Shown here in pieces: positions 13,195-24,983 of a DNA stretch of 64,000 bases (position 1 is the first letter of the stretch; each line of letters begins with the position of its first letter). The notes under the pieces were generated by a model. It worked only from the letters and a program-made list of their open reading frames with translations, was not told the origin of the DNA and searched no databases. The position numbers were made by a program, and so were the translations under genes. Source of the DNA: an uncultured Bacilli bacterium (GTDB lineage Bacteria; Bacillota_I; Bacilli_A; RF39; UBA660); the NCBI GenBank assembly GCA_947629315.1, contig CANRDB010000001.1, positions 4,829-68,828 on the forward strand, written 5' to 3'.

Positions 13195-13401
13195 ATGAGA
13201 AAAAATATTTTAACAAACAGAGAAAAAGAAGTGTTTGATTTGTTAATTCAAAACTATACAACCAAAGAAATTGCAAAGCAGTTAAAAATTAGTGAAAAAA
13301 CAGTTCGAAATCACATCTCGAATACCATCCAAAAAATTGGTGTCAAAGGAAGAGCAGCTGCTGTTGTTGAACTATTACGGCTAGGAGAAATTTCTTTATA
13401 A
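13195..13401 (+). CDS. gerE: LuxR-family sporulation regulator GerE
   Basis: 68 aa reading REKEVFDLLIQNYTTKEIAKQLKISEKTVRNHISNTIQKIGVKGRAAAVVELLRLGE, near-identical in pattern to B. subtilis GerE. Confidence 0.85.
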   Translation: MRKNILTNREKEVFDLLIQNYTTKEIAKQLKISEKTVRNHISNTIQKIGVKGRAAAVVELLRLGEISL

Positions 13402-13448
13402 AATGCATGTATATGCATTTTTTTCATATAATTTATTGAGGTGTTACT

Positions 13449-14405
13449 ATGTTAAAAAACATGTCTATGAAAAAAATTATTACCTCTTCTATTGTATTGA
13501 TGATTGTCTCTCTTCTTTCCTTTCTCCCCAACAAACCCAATAATCAGTTAGAAATTCCAACGAGTATTGAATATGTCAGTCAGAATGTTCAAACCCATAC
13601 TATCTACTTATTGGATAACAATAACTATATCAGTAAAACATCAATTAAAATTCGTTCGGAAGATAAAGAAGACATCGCTCGAGAATTGCTAGAGACTATG
13701 ATTCAAGAAGGAAAAAATAGCGATCAAATTCCTAGTGGATTTCTTCCCATTATCCCTAGCAATACAAAAATTAATGCCTTATCCATTCAAGAAGATACTC
13801 TGAAAGTAGACGTTAGTGCAGAGTTCCTAAATACCTCCAAAGAATTAGAAGAAAAACTGATTGAAGCTGTCGTCTATACTTTAACGAGCATTGATGGCAT
13901 CCAAAACATTATTCTTTATGTAGATGGGAACATCCTAACGAAACTTCCGCAAACGAAAATCAATCTTCCTACCACTTTGAATCGTCAAATTGGCATTAAC
14001 AAAACATATCAATTAACCGCTCTTACCAACGTCACCGCCACCAACATCTACTACATTCGTAAATACAACGATAACTACTTCTATACGCCTGTTACTAAGA
14101 TTACCAATGACAATCGAGAAAAAATAGAAATTATTATTGAGGAACTTAGTAGTTCGGTTCCTCAAAACAATCTCATGAGTTTTCTAAATAGCAATACCCA
14201 ACTACTGAATTTTACGATTGATTATGACCAAATGATTATCTGTTTTGATGAATACATTTTTAACGATTTAGAAACCAAAGACATTTTGGAAGAAGTCCTC
14301 GATACCATCTCTCTTTCCATATATGATAACTATCCAGTAGAAGAAGTAATCTTTCAAGTCGATAACCAAGAAATTGCGAAAACTACTGTAAAATCTATTG
14401 AATAA
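13449..14405 (+). CDS. GerM-like (GerMN-domain) sporulation/germination protein
   Basis: Signal anchor followed by two repeated domains resembling the GerMN fold. Follows gerE. Confidence 0.45.
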   Translation: MLKNMSMKKIITSSIVLMIVSLLSFLPNKPNNQLEIPTSIEYVSQNVQTHTIYLLDNNNYISKTSIKIRSEDKEDIARELLETMIQEGKNSDQIPSGFLPIIPSNTKINALSIQEDTLKVDVSAEFLNTSKELEEKLIEAVVYTLTSIDGIQNIILYVDGNILTKLPQTKINLPTTLNRQIGINKTYQLTALTNVTATNIYYIRKYNDNYFYTPVTKITNDNREKIEIIIEELSSSVPQNNLMSFLNSNTQLLNFTIDYDQMIICFDEYIFNDLETKDILEEVLDTISLSIYDNYPVEEVIFQVDNQEIAKTTVKSIE

Positions 14406-14451
14406 TATTATTTTTTATTGTATAATGTACTTGTTCCTTTGGAACGGGTAT

Positions 14452-14528
14452 GTCTCAGTAGCTCAGCTGGATAGAGCATCGCCCTTCTAAGGCGAGTGTC
14501 AGGGGTTCGAATCCCTTCTGGGACACCA
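14452..14528 (+). tRNA. tRNA-Arg (anticodon TCT)
   Basis: Folded by hand. Acceptor GTCTCAG/CTGGGAC, D-arm GCTC..GAGC, anticodon stem TCGCC/GGCGA with loop CTTCTAA, T-arm AGGGG TTCGAAT CCCTT, and an encoded CCA. Confidence 0.85.
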
Positions 14529-14537
14529 TTCGAGAAT

Positions 14538-14562
14538 AACTTGCTTCGGCAAGTTTTTTTTA
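14538..14562 (+). terminator. Rho-independent terminator after tRNA-Arg
   Basis: Hairpin CTTGC-TTCG-GCAAG followed by T8. Confidence 0.6.
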
Positions 14563-14651
14563 TGCCTTTTCAAAATTTTAAAGGAAAATTCCATTCAAAT
14601 TTACATTCTTTCCTATTTCATGATATAATGATAAAAGTAAAATAATAGAGT

Positions 14652-17600
14652 ATGAGGTGTCACATGAGTCAATCGGATAAATTAAAACAAATAACAGGTA
14701 GAGTAAAACGAGAAATGGACCGCACCATTCGTGAAATTAATCGTTACTATGCCAGTTATAGTCAAGAATTAGAAAACAGACAGATTCTAGATCCTAACAA
14801 CGAAGAACAAAGGGCTTTAGCAGAGCAATTCTTTCAAAGAGAGACAGAAAATCTAAAACAGGAATTACATCAATTCATCGAATCTGGCATCAATGAAGAA
14901 GATGCCTTAAAAAGTGAATTACCTCGCGCTTATGCTTTAGTCAAAACAGCGAGTAAATTTTTATGGAACAAGCCTCACTATGATGTTCAATTAATGGGTG
15001 GTATTCTTTTAAATGATGGATATGTTTCCCAAATGGCTACTGGGGAAGGAAAAACGCTAACAGCTGCCCTCCCCGCCTATTTAAATGCTCTTCTCGGTAA
15101 AGGAGTACATGTCTTAACACCAAATGCCTATCTAGCAAAAAGAGACCAAGAAGAGATGGGGGAACTCTACGGCTTACTAGGTCTATCTTGTGGTCTTGCC
15201 AATACTGAACGATTCGATTTTACACAGGCAGATGTACAGCGCCGAATGGATGAAATTATAGCGCGAGAAGTTTCCGAACTTTCTTATCAAATCGACTGTT
15301 CTTCAGCAGGAACTAAAAAAGGACGAAAAACGGATACGGAAACAAGCCAAAGAAGAATTAAAAAATGAATGTCTCGCAAGAAAAAGAAAAGTATATCAAA
15401 TGGATATTGTCTATGGAGCAACCCATGCCATTGCTTTCGATTATCTATGGGATGGTCTTGCGCAAGAGGAACAAGGGACCGTACAACGGATTGGACAACC
15501 AAACTTTGCTATTATCGATGAGGCAGATGACGTACTTTTTGACAGTGCGAGAACTCCTTATATTATTTCCGGTTCTCAAGAAGATGAGGAATTGAGAATT
15601 CGAAGTGAAGATGCCGAAAATGTGGTGAAATCTATCAAACAGGCAAATGAGGCAGTTTCCTATCTATACGATACCATTCAATTTTGGCAAAGAAAAAATG
15701 GAGAAGTTCTAGAAGGAGAAATCCCTGAAAATGAGAAACACAAACGAAAAGATTATGTCTCTTTTGAAAATGACATGAATCTAGCGCTCATTACGACATC
15801 GCAAACTCGTGAATGTGAATTAACCACCCTAGGAGAAACGATTATTTTTCAAAAGTACTATGGACAACAAATTCAAGAGATATTAAATAAAAATCAAGAT
15901 CTTATTATGTCATTGGAACAAAATGGAGCTCCCCTACTAAAATCGAATGTGGACTATTTCATTAATTTAGATGGAGAGATTTCTCTTGCTCCTCGCGCAT
16001 TTGCTTACTTAGTCGCGGGAGAATACATCTCAGAGTTATCTAATCTATTTGTTCATTTCCGTGGGAAAGAACTACTCCAAGATAGTGAATTTATTCAAAA
16101 TGCTTTGAAAGCATGGTTCACGTATCAAGAAGGACATGATTATGCCTTTGATGAGAAAACTTCATCAGTAGTACCAATCATTAACGGTCGAATTTACAAA
16201 GGTAGAAAATACGCTAAAGGATTTCAACAAGCTCTAGAAGAAAAAACCAAAGTATTATTACAAAAGCAATTGGGAGATAGAGCGCCAAAAATCAACGAAT
16301 CCAGACTAACAGAGACATTAGCGTCTATCCCTACCAATGCTTTCTTTGCTCGCTACCAGAAAGTTGGAGGAATGACGGGTACTTCTGCTGTTTTTGCTTT
16401 CAATAACCTTTATGGTCTAGATTCCTATGCGGTACCGAGAAACCGTCCTCGACAAGTTATCGATCACGGAGAGAGATTCTATACAAATAAGGATGCGAAA
16501 TATGAAGCTATTTTCCAATTGGCATTACAAGCCTATCAAACAAAACAACCACTCCTTATTTCTACCACTTCTACGGAAGAGAGTGAACTTCTACAGAAAT
16601 ATTTAATATCTCGATTAGAACAATATCAAAGAGGACTTCCAGAACGGGAAAGAAGAGCGATTAAGATTCCAGTTTTAAATGCCAGTGTTACCAAGTTGGC
16701 AGATGAAGCTAAAATTATATCTAACGCCGGTATTCCTGGGGCGATTACCATTGCAACTGAAATGGCTGGTCGTGGAACAGATATTAAATTAGGAGGAGAA
16801 GTTCCTGATAAACAAGAATTAATTCAGTCCATGCTTAAAATTAAAGTAAGGTCTCTTGTGGAAAAAAGAAAAAAAGCAGGTCTTGTCGATGAACAAAAAT
16901 ATAAAACACAACTGACTTATAAAAAAAGAATAGACCAAGAAGCAAGACAGTGGATTATTGATAACATCGGTATGGATGCCATTGCCAAAGAAATTGAAGA
17001 ACCTTATCGCCTATTAAAACAAGAAAAAGAACAACGAGAAAGTTTTATTAAAAACAACTCAGCGTTTAAAGGATTAAAAGTTGTCGTTTGTGGACATTTC
17101 CCATCTGCACGGACAGATGACCAAGTCAAAGGTCGATGTGGAAGACAAGGTGATCCAGGAGAATATATCTTCCTAAGTGATCCTGATGATTTAGCGCATG
17201 TTGGTATCAATCCTACTACCATTGAACGTCTCAAGATTATCGCTAATAGCCAACCAGATCACTGCATCGTAGAAACAGCGAACTCCAAACTATTCCACCT
17301 TCGAAAAATGATTTTATCCGCACAACGTCATAACGATAATATGAGTCATGAAAACATTCTCTCCTCTCTTCAATTTGATGCCGCTATCAGTACTTGCCGA
17401 GAGAGTGTTAGAAAAGTAACTGATCGATTCAAGCAAACAGAAAATTACATATCTTATATGAAGATAGCGATTGATAATACCTGTCAAAGTATTCTAGAAG
17501 GTTCTTCTGAAAATAAGAACTATACTTATCCTGATATAGAACGAAGTACCATCCAAAAGGCACATCTTAATCTTCCAAAAGTATGTTCTCTTTGTGAAGA

Positions 17601-18366
17601 CTTCCTTGGGGTAGAGATATCCCCTGAACTACTCGCATCCGCTAGAACAGTTCGGGATGTGAAAAATATAATCGAACAGAAAAGTACTCAGAGATTAGAA
17701 GTCTATATCGATCAACAGAAAAAGGAACAAATCAAAAAGTTAAAAGAGAAATATCAAAAACATAATGCGAGAATCTTAAACATTTCGGAAATCGTCAATT
17801 TATTCCGACAGACAGGAATTCAAGGATTAAAAGGTTATGTGCAAGAGCGTCTTAACTTCAAAAAATATGCAAAACTTTCCGATATCGAATTAGAAGCGGA
17901 AGTTACCGAAACGCTCAATGAATCTTTCAAAGAAAAATTTTATCAAACTATCAATCGTGCATGGGATAAATTTGAAGAAGATATTGAGGAATTTAAATTG
18001 CAAGTACAATGGACGAATCAATTTGAGTCTCATCCGTTGTCACCAGAAAGCATTCAAAGTTCTATCCAACGTGATTTCTTTCACTGGATGGATACATACC
18101 AAGCAAGACTCGTCCATGATACGATTCATCCAAGCATTTCTAAAGAGAAAGGTCCAAAGGAAGTGTATCCCGTAAGAATTACGACCGAGGGCATCCAAAG
18201 AGTTGCCGATGATTATGATGAAGAATTACAGGATGAAATTACCAACATTTCGGAAGAGGCATCTGTTCTTGGAGTACTTTCTAGTGATGAAATCGTCCCA
18301 TACAAATTAAAGCCATACGTCAGTATGCCAAATCGAAACGTAGAAAACAGAGGAAGAAGAAGATAA
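14652..18366 (+). CDS. Giant divergent SecA-like translocase ATPase, about 1225 aa; reading frame interrupted by a +1 shift at the A6 tract 15315-15320
   Basis: ORF 14652..15368 carries SecA NBD1 ([48 protein letters not shown]). ORF 15400..18366 continues in the +1 frame, which is open from 15262, with [45 protein letters not shown] and [14 protein letters not shown]. Removing one A from the A6 tract gives a continuous ...[13 protein letters not shown]... reading. Confidence 0.6.
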
Positions 18367-18447
18367 TTCTTCTTTTTTCATTCCCTTATGCAACTTCATT
18401 ACTCCTTTTTATATTCTTCACGTACCTTATAATAGGAGGTTAAAAAT

Positions 18448-18717
18448 ATGAATGATGAAATATATCAATATGCTCTACAAAAAATTGAGTGTGATAGTCA
18501 ATTCAAGCCAATTGGATGTTATGGTAATTCCCGTGGCAGTACTGGCCCAACTGGCCCTACCGGTCCGACTGGTCCCCAAGGACCCGCTAGCATCACCATA
18601 GGTACCACAACAACAGGCGCTCCAGGAACAAGTGCAGCTGTTACCAATTCTGGTACTAATCAAAATAGTATTTTAAATTTTGTGATTCCTGCAGGAGCAA
18701 CTGATGCTATGTCATAA
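18448..18717 (+). CDS. Small collagen-like (GPT-repeat) protein with a short N-terminal domain and a short C-terminal domain; BclA-like
   Basis: RBS ataggaggt. Sequence MNDEIYQYALQKIECDSQFKPIGCYGNSRGSTGPTGPTGPTGPQGPASITIGTTTTGAPG...ILNFVIPAG. The C-terminal domain is homologous to the C-terminus of the 29421..29834 segment. Confidence 0.6.
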   Translation: MNDEIYQYALQKIECDSQFKPIGCYGNSRGSTGPTGPTGPTGPQGPASITIGTTTTGAPGTSAAVTNSGTNQNSILNFVIPAGATDAMS

Positions 18718-18742
18718 ATCACAAAAAAAGAATTGATTAGAA

Positions 18743-20977
18743 TCAATCCTCAATTTCTTTAATCAACATTTGATATAACGCACGATTTCCTTCCTCTGTT
18801 AAATGAATTTTATCCACTCGTACATATTCTTTATGTTGTTGAATCTCTTCATAAAAAGGAATAATATGGAGAGACGATATTCCCAATGTTTCTAGTAATA
18901 TCTCGTCCTCTTCTGTCATCGCTACTACATATAACTCATTTTCTTGGCACAATTGGAAAACTGTTTGTATTTCTTGTTCCAATCTTGGTACCTGACTATC
19001 AAAAGCTACTACTAATCGATAAGTTAACGTATTACTATCCGCAGCTTTTTGAAGTTCTTGTTGCAAATCTTGCCAAGTAAAATCTTGCCGAACAATAAAC
19101 TGTGCTTGTTGATATTCCTGATGTAGTTCATTAAAAATATTCACTAAAACATCATTACCGTAAAAGGTAATTTTATTTTTTAATTCTTCTTCATGATGAT
19201 GAATAATCTCTTCTTTTTTCTGTTGATATCGATCTAGATAAACTTGATAAATAGATTGATAAATTAAGTTGGTGTAAGCCTTTCTTCCTTCTGGAGTTAA
19301 GTGGATACCATCCGCATAAAAATACTTTGAATGTCCTTGTGATGCAGTCTCCCAATCAATAATATGTAAATTAGAATGACTCTTACTTAACTCTTTTAAT
19401 TTACTATTTACATGGACATCTTTATCGTTAGTAACCGTAATCCAAAAGACATCTCTATCACCACACGTTTGTAAAATTTCTTCCTTACAAGAAGAAGAAC
19501 AATCTCCATTCGCACCCAAATTCAATATTACAGGATTACCTAACAGATTACTATCCTCTAATTCTTCTAAAATACCGTTCGCTACCCAAATAGAACGTGA
19601 TACCTTCGCATCAAAATATCCATTTGGAAATTGTTTATAGAGATTATCAACAGCTCCTAACATAATAGAATCCCCGACTCCAACTACGGATAACTCAGAA
19701 ACAATCTTTTGAATTTCTTGTTCCCCATTCTCTAAATCCTCTAAAACAGAGAACCAATCTTCTTGTTCCTGTTGTAATCGATCCGCATACTCTTTTTGTT
19801 TTTGTTGAATAACCTCTTCATTAGCCGCTAACTCTTCTTTTAGTCTTTTCATTTCTGCCGTATGATCCTTCGTTTGTGCATAACAATAAACACCAGGAAC
19901 ACAGATGACACACAATATGATAGCCATCGCTGCATGCATTCTCGTTCTAGCATGGGGTCGACTACTGATGCTAAAATGAAAAACGGAACCTACTACAAGC
20001 ACTCCTAAAAGAATCGATAAAATCCGTACAGAATCCGACATTGAAAAGGCTTGCAAAAAGTAAATAATCGGATACTGAACCAAGTAGATGCAATAACTTC
20101 TATCTGAAAACCAATGAACAATTCGGTTTCCTACCCCTGCTAATTTGTTTACCATCAAAGTACTATAATCAATCATCCGACAAGTAATAAGAGATACTAT
20201 CAACATTGCTACTGCCCAAGAAGGTGCAGAAGCATCGATTGTTAAAAATAACCAAACTAAGAGAACAAAATATCCTCCAAAAAGACCATAGGCAATCAGA
20301 GAATGTTTCATGTTTTTTAGAATAAGTGGATAATAATAAAACTGAATAAACCCTAAAGTCATTCCCCAAAATAAGGAAAACATTCTCGTAAACGTATGAT
20401 AGTAAACCACCATAATATCTTGCGTGCCACTCATTTGATAAAAATACCAAGCACTTCCTATCGATACTACCAATAATAGTAAACAAGGAATCATTTTATG
20501 AATATGATCTCCTATTTTACGTAATATTTGATAGAAGAATGGAAAAAGCAAATCAAATTGCAATAAAATAGAAATATACCATAAATGCATAAATGGAGAA
20601 TCTAAGTGTCTAGCAAAATAATCTAAATTCGCCCCTAATTGCCAAAAATTATTATATCCTAACAAAACAGATGTTGTCTCTGGTTTTAAATTCAACCATG
20701 TATACTGGGAACAAAAAAACACAACAAAAAGAGTTAAGAACACAGTCAATAACAAAGGAAAATATATTTTAGTAAACAGTCTCTTATAATATTCCCAAAT
20801 AGAAAAATGATTCTTATGAAAAGCTGAAACGCACGATAGATAGCCACTTAACACAAAGAAACAACAGACCGCTAAATAGCCTCCTTTTAAAACATGCAAA
20901 TGATAAAGCAAAACGGCAATGCATGATAACACTCGTAAATAATCTAGTGCATAATAATACTTCTTAGTACTTTCCAT
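18743..20977 (-). CDS. Acyltransferase-3 family membrane protein fused to SGNH hydrolase and an extra C-terminal domain (OatA-like O-acetyltransferase)
   Basis: N-terminal ten-TM acyltransferase_3 pattern (YLRVLSCIAVLLYHLHVLKGG) and an SGNH motif (VGVGDSIMLGAVDNL). Confidence 0.7.
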   Translation of the reverse strand: MESTKKYYYALDYLRVLSCIAVLLYHLHVLKGGYLAVCCFFVLSGYLSCVSAFHKNHFSIWEYYKRLFTKIYFPLLLTVFLTLFVVFFCSQYTWLNLKPETTSVLLGYNNFWQLGANLDYFARHLDSPFMHLWYISILLQFDLLFPFFYQILRKIGDHIHKMIPCLLLLVVSIGSAWYFYQMSGTQDIMVVYYHTFTRMFSLFWGMTLGFIQFYYYPLILKNMKHSLIAYGLFGGYFVLLVWLFLTIDASAPSWAVAMLIVSLITCRMIDYSTLMVNKLAGVGNRIVHWFSDRSYCIYLVQYPIIYFLQAFSMSDSVRILSILLGVLVVGSVFHFSISSRPHARTRMHAAMAIILCVICVPGVYCYAQTKDHTAEMKRLKEELAANEEVIQQKQKEYADRLQQEQEDWFSVLEDLENGEQEIQKIVSELSVVGVGDSIMLGAVDNLYKQFPNGYFDAKVSRSIWVANGILEELEDSNLLGNPVILNLGANGDCSSSCKEEILQTCGDRDVFWITVTNDKDVHVNSKLKELSKSHSNLHIIDWETASQGHSKYFYADGIHLTPEGRKAYTNLIYQSIYQVYLDRYQQKKEEIIHHHEEELKNKITFYGNDVLVNIFNELHQEYQQAQFIVRQDFTWQDLQQELQKAADSNTLTYRLVVAFDSQVPRLEQEIQTVFQLCQENELYVVAMTEEDEILLETLGISSLHIIPFYEEIQQHKEYVRVDKIHLTEEGNRALYQMLIKEIED

Positions 20978-21122
20978 ATTTCAAACCTCATTCATTGTGA
21001 TTATATATCATAAAGCCTTAAAATTCAAGACACTTTACGTCAATCCTAACTAATATTTTGTGAGAAAAAAACATGATTATTTGTTTCATTTTATTTTATG
21101 CAATTAGAAAGGAGTTATACTG

Positions 21123-23120
21123 TTGAATCAAAAAAGAGTGGCATTATATCTACGATTATCCAAAGAAGATATCGACAAGCCAACCAAGTTCTCTATCAGC
21201 GAAAGTATCAAAAATCAAGAACTATTACTGCGTGAAGAAGTGAAAAAACACCCTGATTGGGTCGTAGTAGCTGTCTATTCTGATGAAGACTTTTCAGGAG
21301 CAGGAACTTATCGACCAAGCTTTGACAAAATGATTCATGCCTGTGAAAAGCACATGATTGATATCATTCTCTGTAAAAGTCAGTCCCGTTTTTCTAGAGA
21401 TATGGAATTAATTGAAAAATATATTCATAACAAATTTAAAGAATGGAATATACGATTCATTAGTATCGTAGATAATGCCGATACTGATAACGATGGCAAT
21501 AAAAAATCTAGACAGATTAATGCTCTTGTCAATGAATGGTTTCTAGAGGATTTATCCGATAATATTCGGGCAACTTTACGAACAAAATGGCAGCATGGAG
21601 AATGTACCGCTGCTTTCGCTAAATATGGATTTCTAAAAGATCCCCAACATAAAAATCACCTAATCATAGATACGGTTGCTAGTCAAACCATTCAAGAAAT
21701 TGCTCATCTCTTTTTAGAGGGAAAAGGTCCAGAAACCATCGCTCACATTTTAGAACAGAAGCATATTCCTAGTCCTTATGAATACAAACTACAAATGGGA
21801 AGTAAACTAAAAATTCCTTTGCTTTCCTTAAACCATCCAAAAATAATTACTAAAAACGGAAAATATATTTTTACCCTTTTTCCAAGTGGAGAACCAATAG
21901 ACCATGTCGTCCTATCCATCCTACCATTTCAAGATTACGATATGACACTAACTCTCATAAAACAAAGTGGCAATGTAAAGGTTTATTATTCCCAGGAGAA
22001 ATTCTCTTCTGCTATCGAAACCGTATTGCCGGTTGAACATTCTTCATTTTGGAGACAATTGCCTATCAATCTTTCTATTTCTCATATTCAACTACTGGCT
22101 ATCTATTGTCTTCCAAACAATTTAGAAAAAACTTATTTAGAATGGGAAATAAACATCCATACCCTACCGTCTCATGATTTTTCTTTAAACATCCAATCCT
22201 TTGATGCAATACACCAACCAATTGATTTTTGGCAGTATCGAATCAGAAAAAAATATCAGTGGAATAGTCGGACAATCTATCACATTTTGAAAGATGAAAC
22301 TTATCATGGTACCTTAATTCAAGGAAAAACAAAGCGAATCAGTTATAAAAATCATACTAGTATTGCTACTCCCAAAGAGCAATGGTATGTTCAAGAAAAT
22401 ATTCTCCCTAAAATTCTAGATGATCAAACTTGGATAGCTATTCAAAATAAATTACAACTACATCCACGCGCAAGCAAAAATGGAAAACACCCTATCTTTA
22501 CTGGAAAAGTTTTTTGTGGAGTATGTGGAAAACCTCTTCAAAAAAACTCGAGCAGTTCTCTTGCTTCCCCTGTTAAAAAAGAATATTTAATTTGTAAAGC
22601 AAGAAAAGAACATTGGAAGAATTGTGAAAACAAAAAATCATTTCCCGTTTTAGAATTACAAAAATTAATCATTACTCAATTTCAAAATTTATGGAATTCC
22701 TATTACGATATGACTACCTTAAAGCAGATTCATAAGGAAGAACCCCATCATCAAACTATAGACGATCTCATGAAAGAAGAACAAAATTTACAAGAAATTA
22801 TCCAGCAGAATAACCAAATTCTTTATCAATTATACAAAGATAAAAGCACTGGCCTCATGGATGATTCTTGTTTTCATACCCTACTTCTACAAAATCAACA
22901 GGAAATGGATACTTATCACCAAAGATTGCAAATGATTGCCCAAGAGTTAAAACAGATTCAAACGAAACAGGAATTTTTCATGTCTACTGTGTGTGAATTT
23001 CTCAATACTCATTCCTTTGAAGACTATTTTTCAACCATTCTACAGCATTTTATTAGCAGCATTTTCATTGGAAAGCTGAACCATCATCAAAGAACAATCC
23101 AAATTCATTGGAAAATCTAA
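21123..23120 (+). CDS. Large serine recombinase (SpoIVCA/CisA-like), TTG start
   Basis: [13 protein letters not shown] catalytic-serine motif, a resolvase N-domain, a recombinase domain, a Cys-rich zinc ribbon (CGVCGKPL...[11 protein letters not shown]) and a coiled-coil tail. RBS aaaggag. Confidence 0.85.
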   Translation: MNQKRVALYLRLSKEDIDKPTKFSISESIKNQELLLREEVKKHPDWVVVAVYSDEDFSGAGTYRPSFDKMIHACEKHMIDIILCKSQSRFSRDMELIEKYIHNKFKEWNIRFISIVDNADTDNDGNKKSRQINALVNEWFLEDLSDNIRATLRTKWQHGECTAAFAKYGFLKDPQHKNHLIIDTVASQTIQEIAHLFLEGKGPETIAHILEQKHIPSPYEYKLQMGSKLKIPLLSLNHPKIITKNGKYIFTLFPSGEPIDHVVLSILPFQDYDMTLTLIKQSGNVKVYYSQEKFSSAIETVLPVEHSSFWRQLPINLSISHIQLLAIYCLPNNLEKTYLEWEINIHTLPSHDFSLNIQSFDAIHQPIDFWQYRIRKKYQWNSRTIYHILKDETYHGTLIQGKTKRISYKNHTSIATPKEQWYVQENILPKILDDQTWIAIQNKLQLHPRASKNGKHPIFTGKVFCGVCGKPLQKNSSSSLASPVKKEYLICKARKEHWKNCENKKSFPVLELQKLIITQFQNLWNSYYDMTTLKQIHKEEPHHQTIDDLMKEEQNLQEIIQQNNQILYQLYKDKSTGLMDDSCFHTLLLQNQQEMDTYHQRLQMIAQELKQIQTKQEFFMSTVCEFLNTHSFEDYFSTILQHFISSIFIGKLNHHQRTIQIHWKI

Positions 23121-23132
23121 TTTTGTGGTTTA

Positions 23133-23281
<149 letters not shown>

Positions 23282-23301
<20 letters not shown>

Positions 23302-24796
23302 TAACTACTCTTTTTCCCTGTTCTATATTGCCAATTTGTATTCGTTGAATAAAATTCTTTACCGTCTTAAGGGAAAGTTCAAGTTTTCTTTTAGAAAAAG
23401 AAAATGACATTTGTTCTTTTTTCATATTGGCAAGAGTATTTGATAACTTCTCTAACTCTTTGATATAACTTTTTTTGAGATTTTGAAAAACCTCATCATC
23501 TAGTTGTTGTTGAACATAATCGTCATACACTTTTTTTAAGCCTCGTTCTTTTTGATGGTAATCTTTTTCTAATCGTTCAAATTCTTTCTTATATAATAGA
23601 TTCTGTTCTATACTATATTGCTTCTCATATTCTAAAAGCAATTGTTCGTCGACAAATTGATGATAAAACTTCAAAAATTCTTTGAACACTAAAGATTCTA
23701 TCACATCCAAACGAATAGAGGTATGATTATCACAATGTTGCCAATAACTTCTTCTATCACGACAAACTAAATACGAATACACAGAATGGCTAGAAGAATT
23801 TTTTTCAAAGGATTGTCCACATTTTTGACAATATATTTTTTTACTAAACTCATAAATTTTACCCGTTTTAGATTGAATTCTCGTCTTTTGTTGCATTCTT
23901 CTTTGTACCTCATTCCACATCGATAAAGAAATAATCGGGTCATGCTGATGAGATACAACAATCCAATCCTTTTTTTGAAGAGAAATTACCTTTTTATTTT
24001 TATAGGAAATTTTTCGATATTTTCCCTGTACTACACTACCAATATACACTTCATTTTTTAAAATATCTGCAATTGTTTTTTCACTCCATTGATTACTAGT
24101 CGATGGTCCATAATATTTAGAACCTATTTCTTTTTTATATTGACTGGGAGTTGGAATCCCTTGATGATTCAAACACTGCTTAATTTTAGAATATCCATAA
24201 CCTTTCGCATATAACGCATATATTTGTTGAACATATTTAGAAGCAATCGGGTCAATTTCTAAATGATTTTTATCTTTCTTTTGGTAACCAAAAGGCGCAA
24301 AAGAACCGGTAAATAGACCAACTTCTTTTTTATTTCGTAATGTTTTACGAATATTTATAGAAGAATCTTCCAAATACCATTCATTCATCAAAGCATTGAT
24401 TTGTCTGGTTTTTTTATTTTCTTCTACAGAGGTATCAGCATGATCAACTAAACTGATAAAACGAACGTTCCACTCTTTAAATTTATTATGAATATATTGT
24501 TCAATTACTTCTAAATCTCTCGAAAAGCGAGACTGACTCTTACATAATACAATATCAATATTTCCTTGTTCACAATCTTTTAGCATGCGGATAAAAGCTG
24601 GTCTTTCTCTATCGATACCAGAGTAATCCTCATCAATATAAATATCAAAGATATCCCATCCTTCTTCTTGAACTTTTTGAAGTAACATTCTCCTTTGATT
24701 TTGAATACTTTCACTAAAGTCTTTTTTATCAATATCTTCTTTGGATAATCGCAAATAGATTGCTACTCTATTGTTCCCTATCATAAGATTCCTCAT
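23282..24796 (-). CDS. Large serine recombinase, paralog of 21123..23120
   Basis: [13 protein letters not shown] motif with extensive N-domain identity to the upstream recombinase (…[35 protein letters not shown]…), a zinc ribbon (CQKCGQ…[11 protein letters not shown]) and a coiled-coil tail. Confidence 0.85.
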
Positions 24797-24983
24797 TTTG
24801 AGAAAGAATTTCTTGTTCTAATACCGCCAACAACTGACGATTAAAAGTTTCTTTCCTTTGTTCCATAGACTTTTCCTCATCATGGAATACATTGATTATT
24901 TCAATATTATATTTCATATTTTCACCATTACAAAATATGAAAAAAAGCGAAGATTTATATCTCCACTTCTTTCTCCTGCAAAA

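Noticed and set aside
14652-15368. Treating 14652..15368 and 15400..18366 as two separate genes
   Set aside because: SecA NBD1 motifs are split across the two ORFs and the +1 frame is open across the gap, so a single frameshifted gene explains both.
15365-15595. Third-frame ORF 15365..15595 at the SecA-like junction
   Set aside because: The SecA homology continues in the 15262+/15400 frame, not in this one.
18475-18663. ORF 18475..18663 (-)
   Set aside because: Antisense to the small collagen-like gene, with no RBS.
24790-24890. 32-aa ORF ([32 protein letters not shown]) overlapping the start of the minus-strand recombinase, considered as a possible directionality factor
   Set aside because: Too short and in an overlapping frame, with no RBS and no recognisable family signature.
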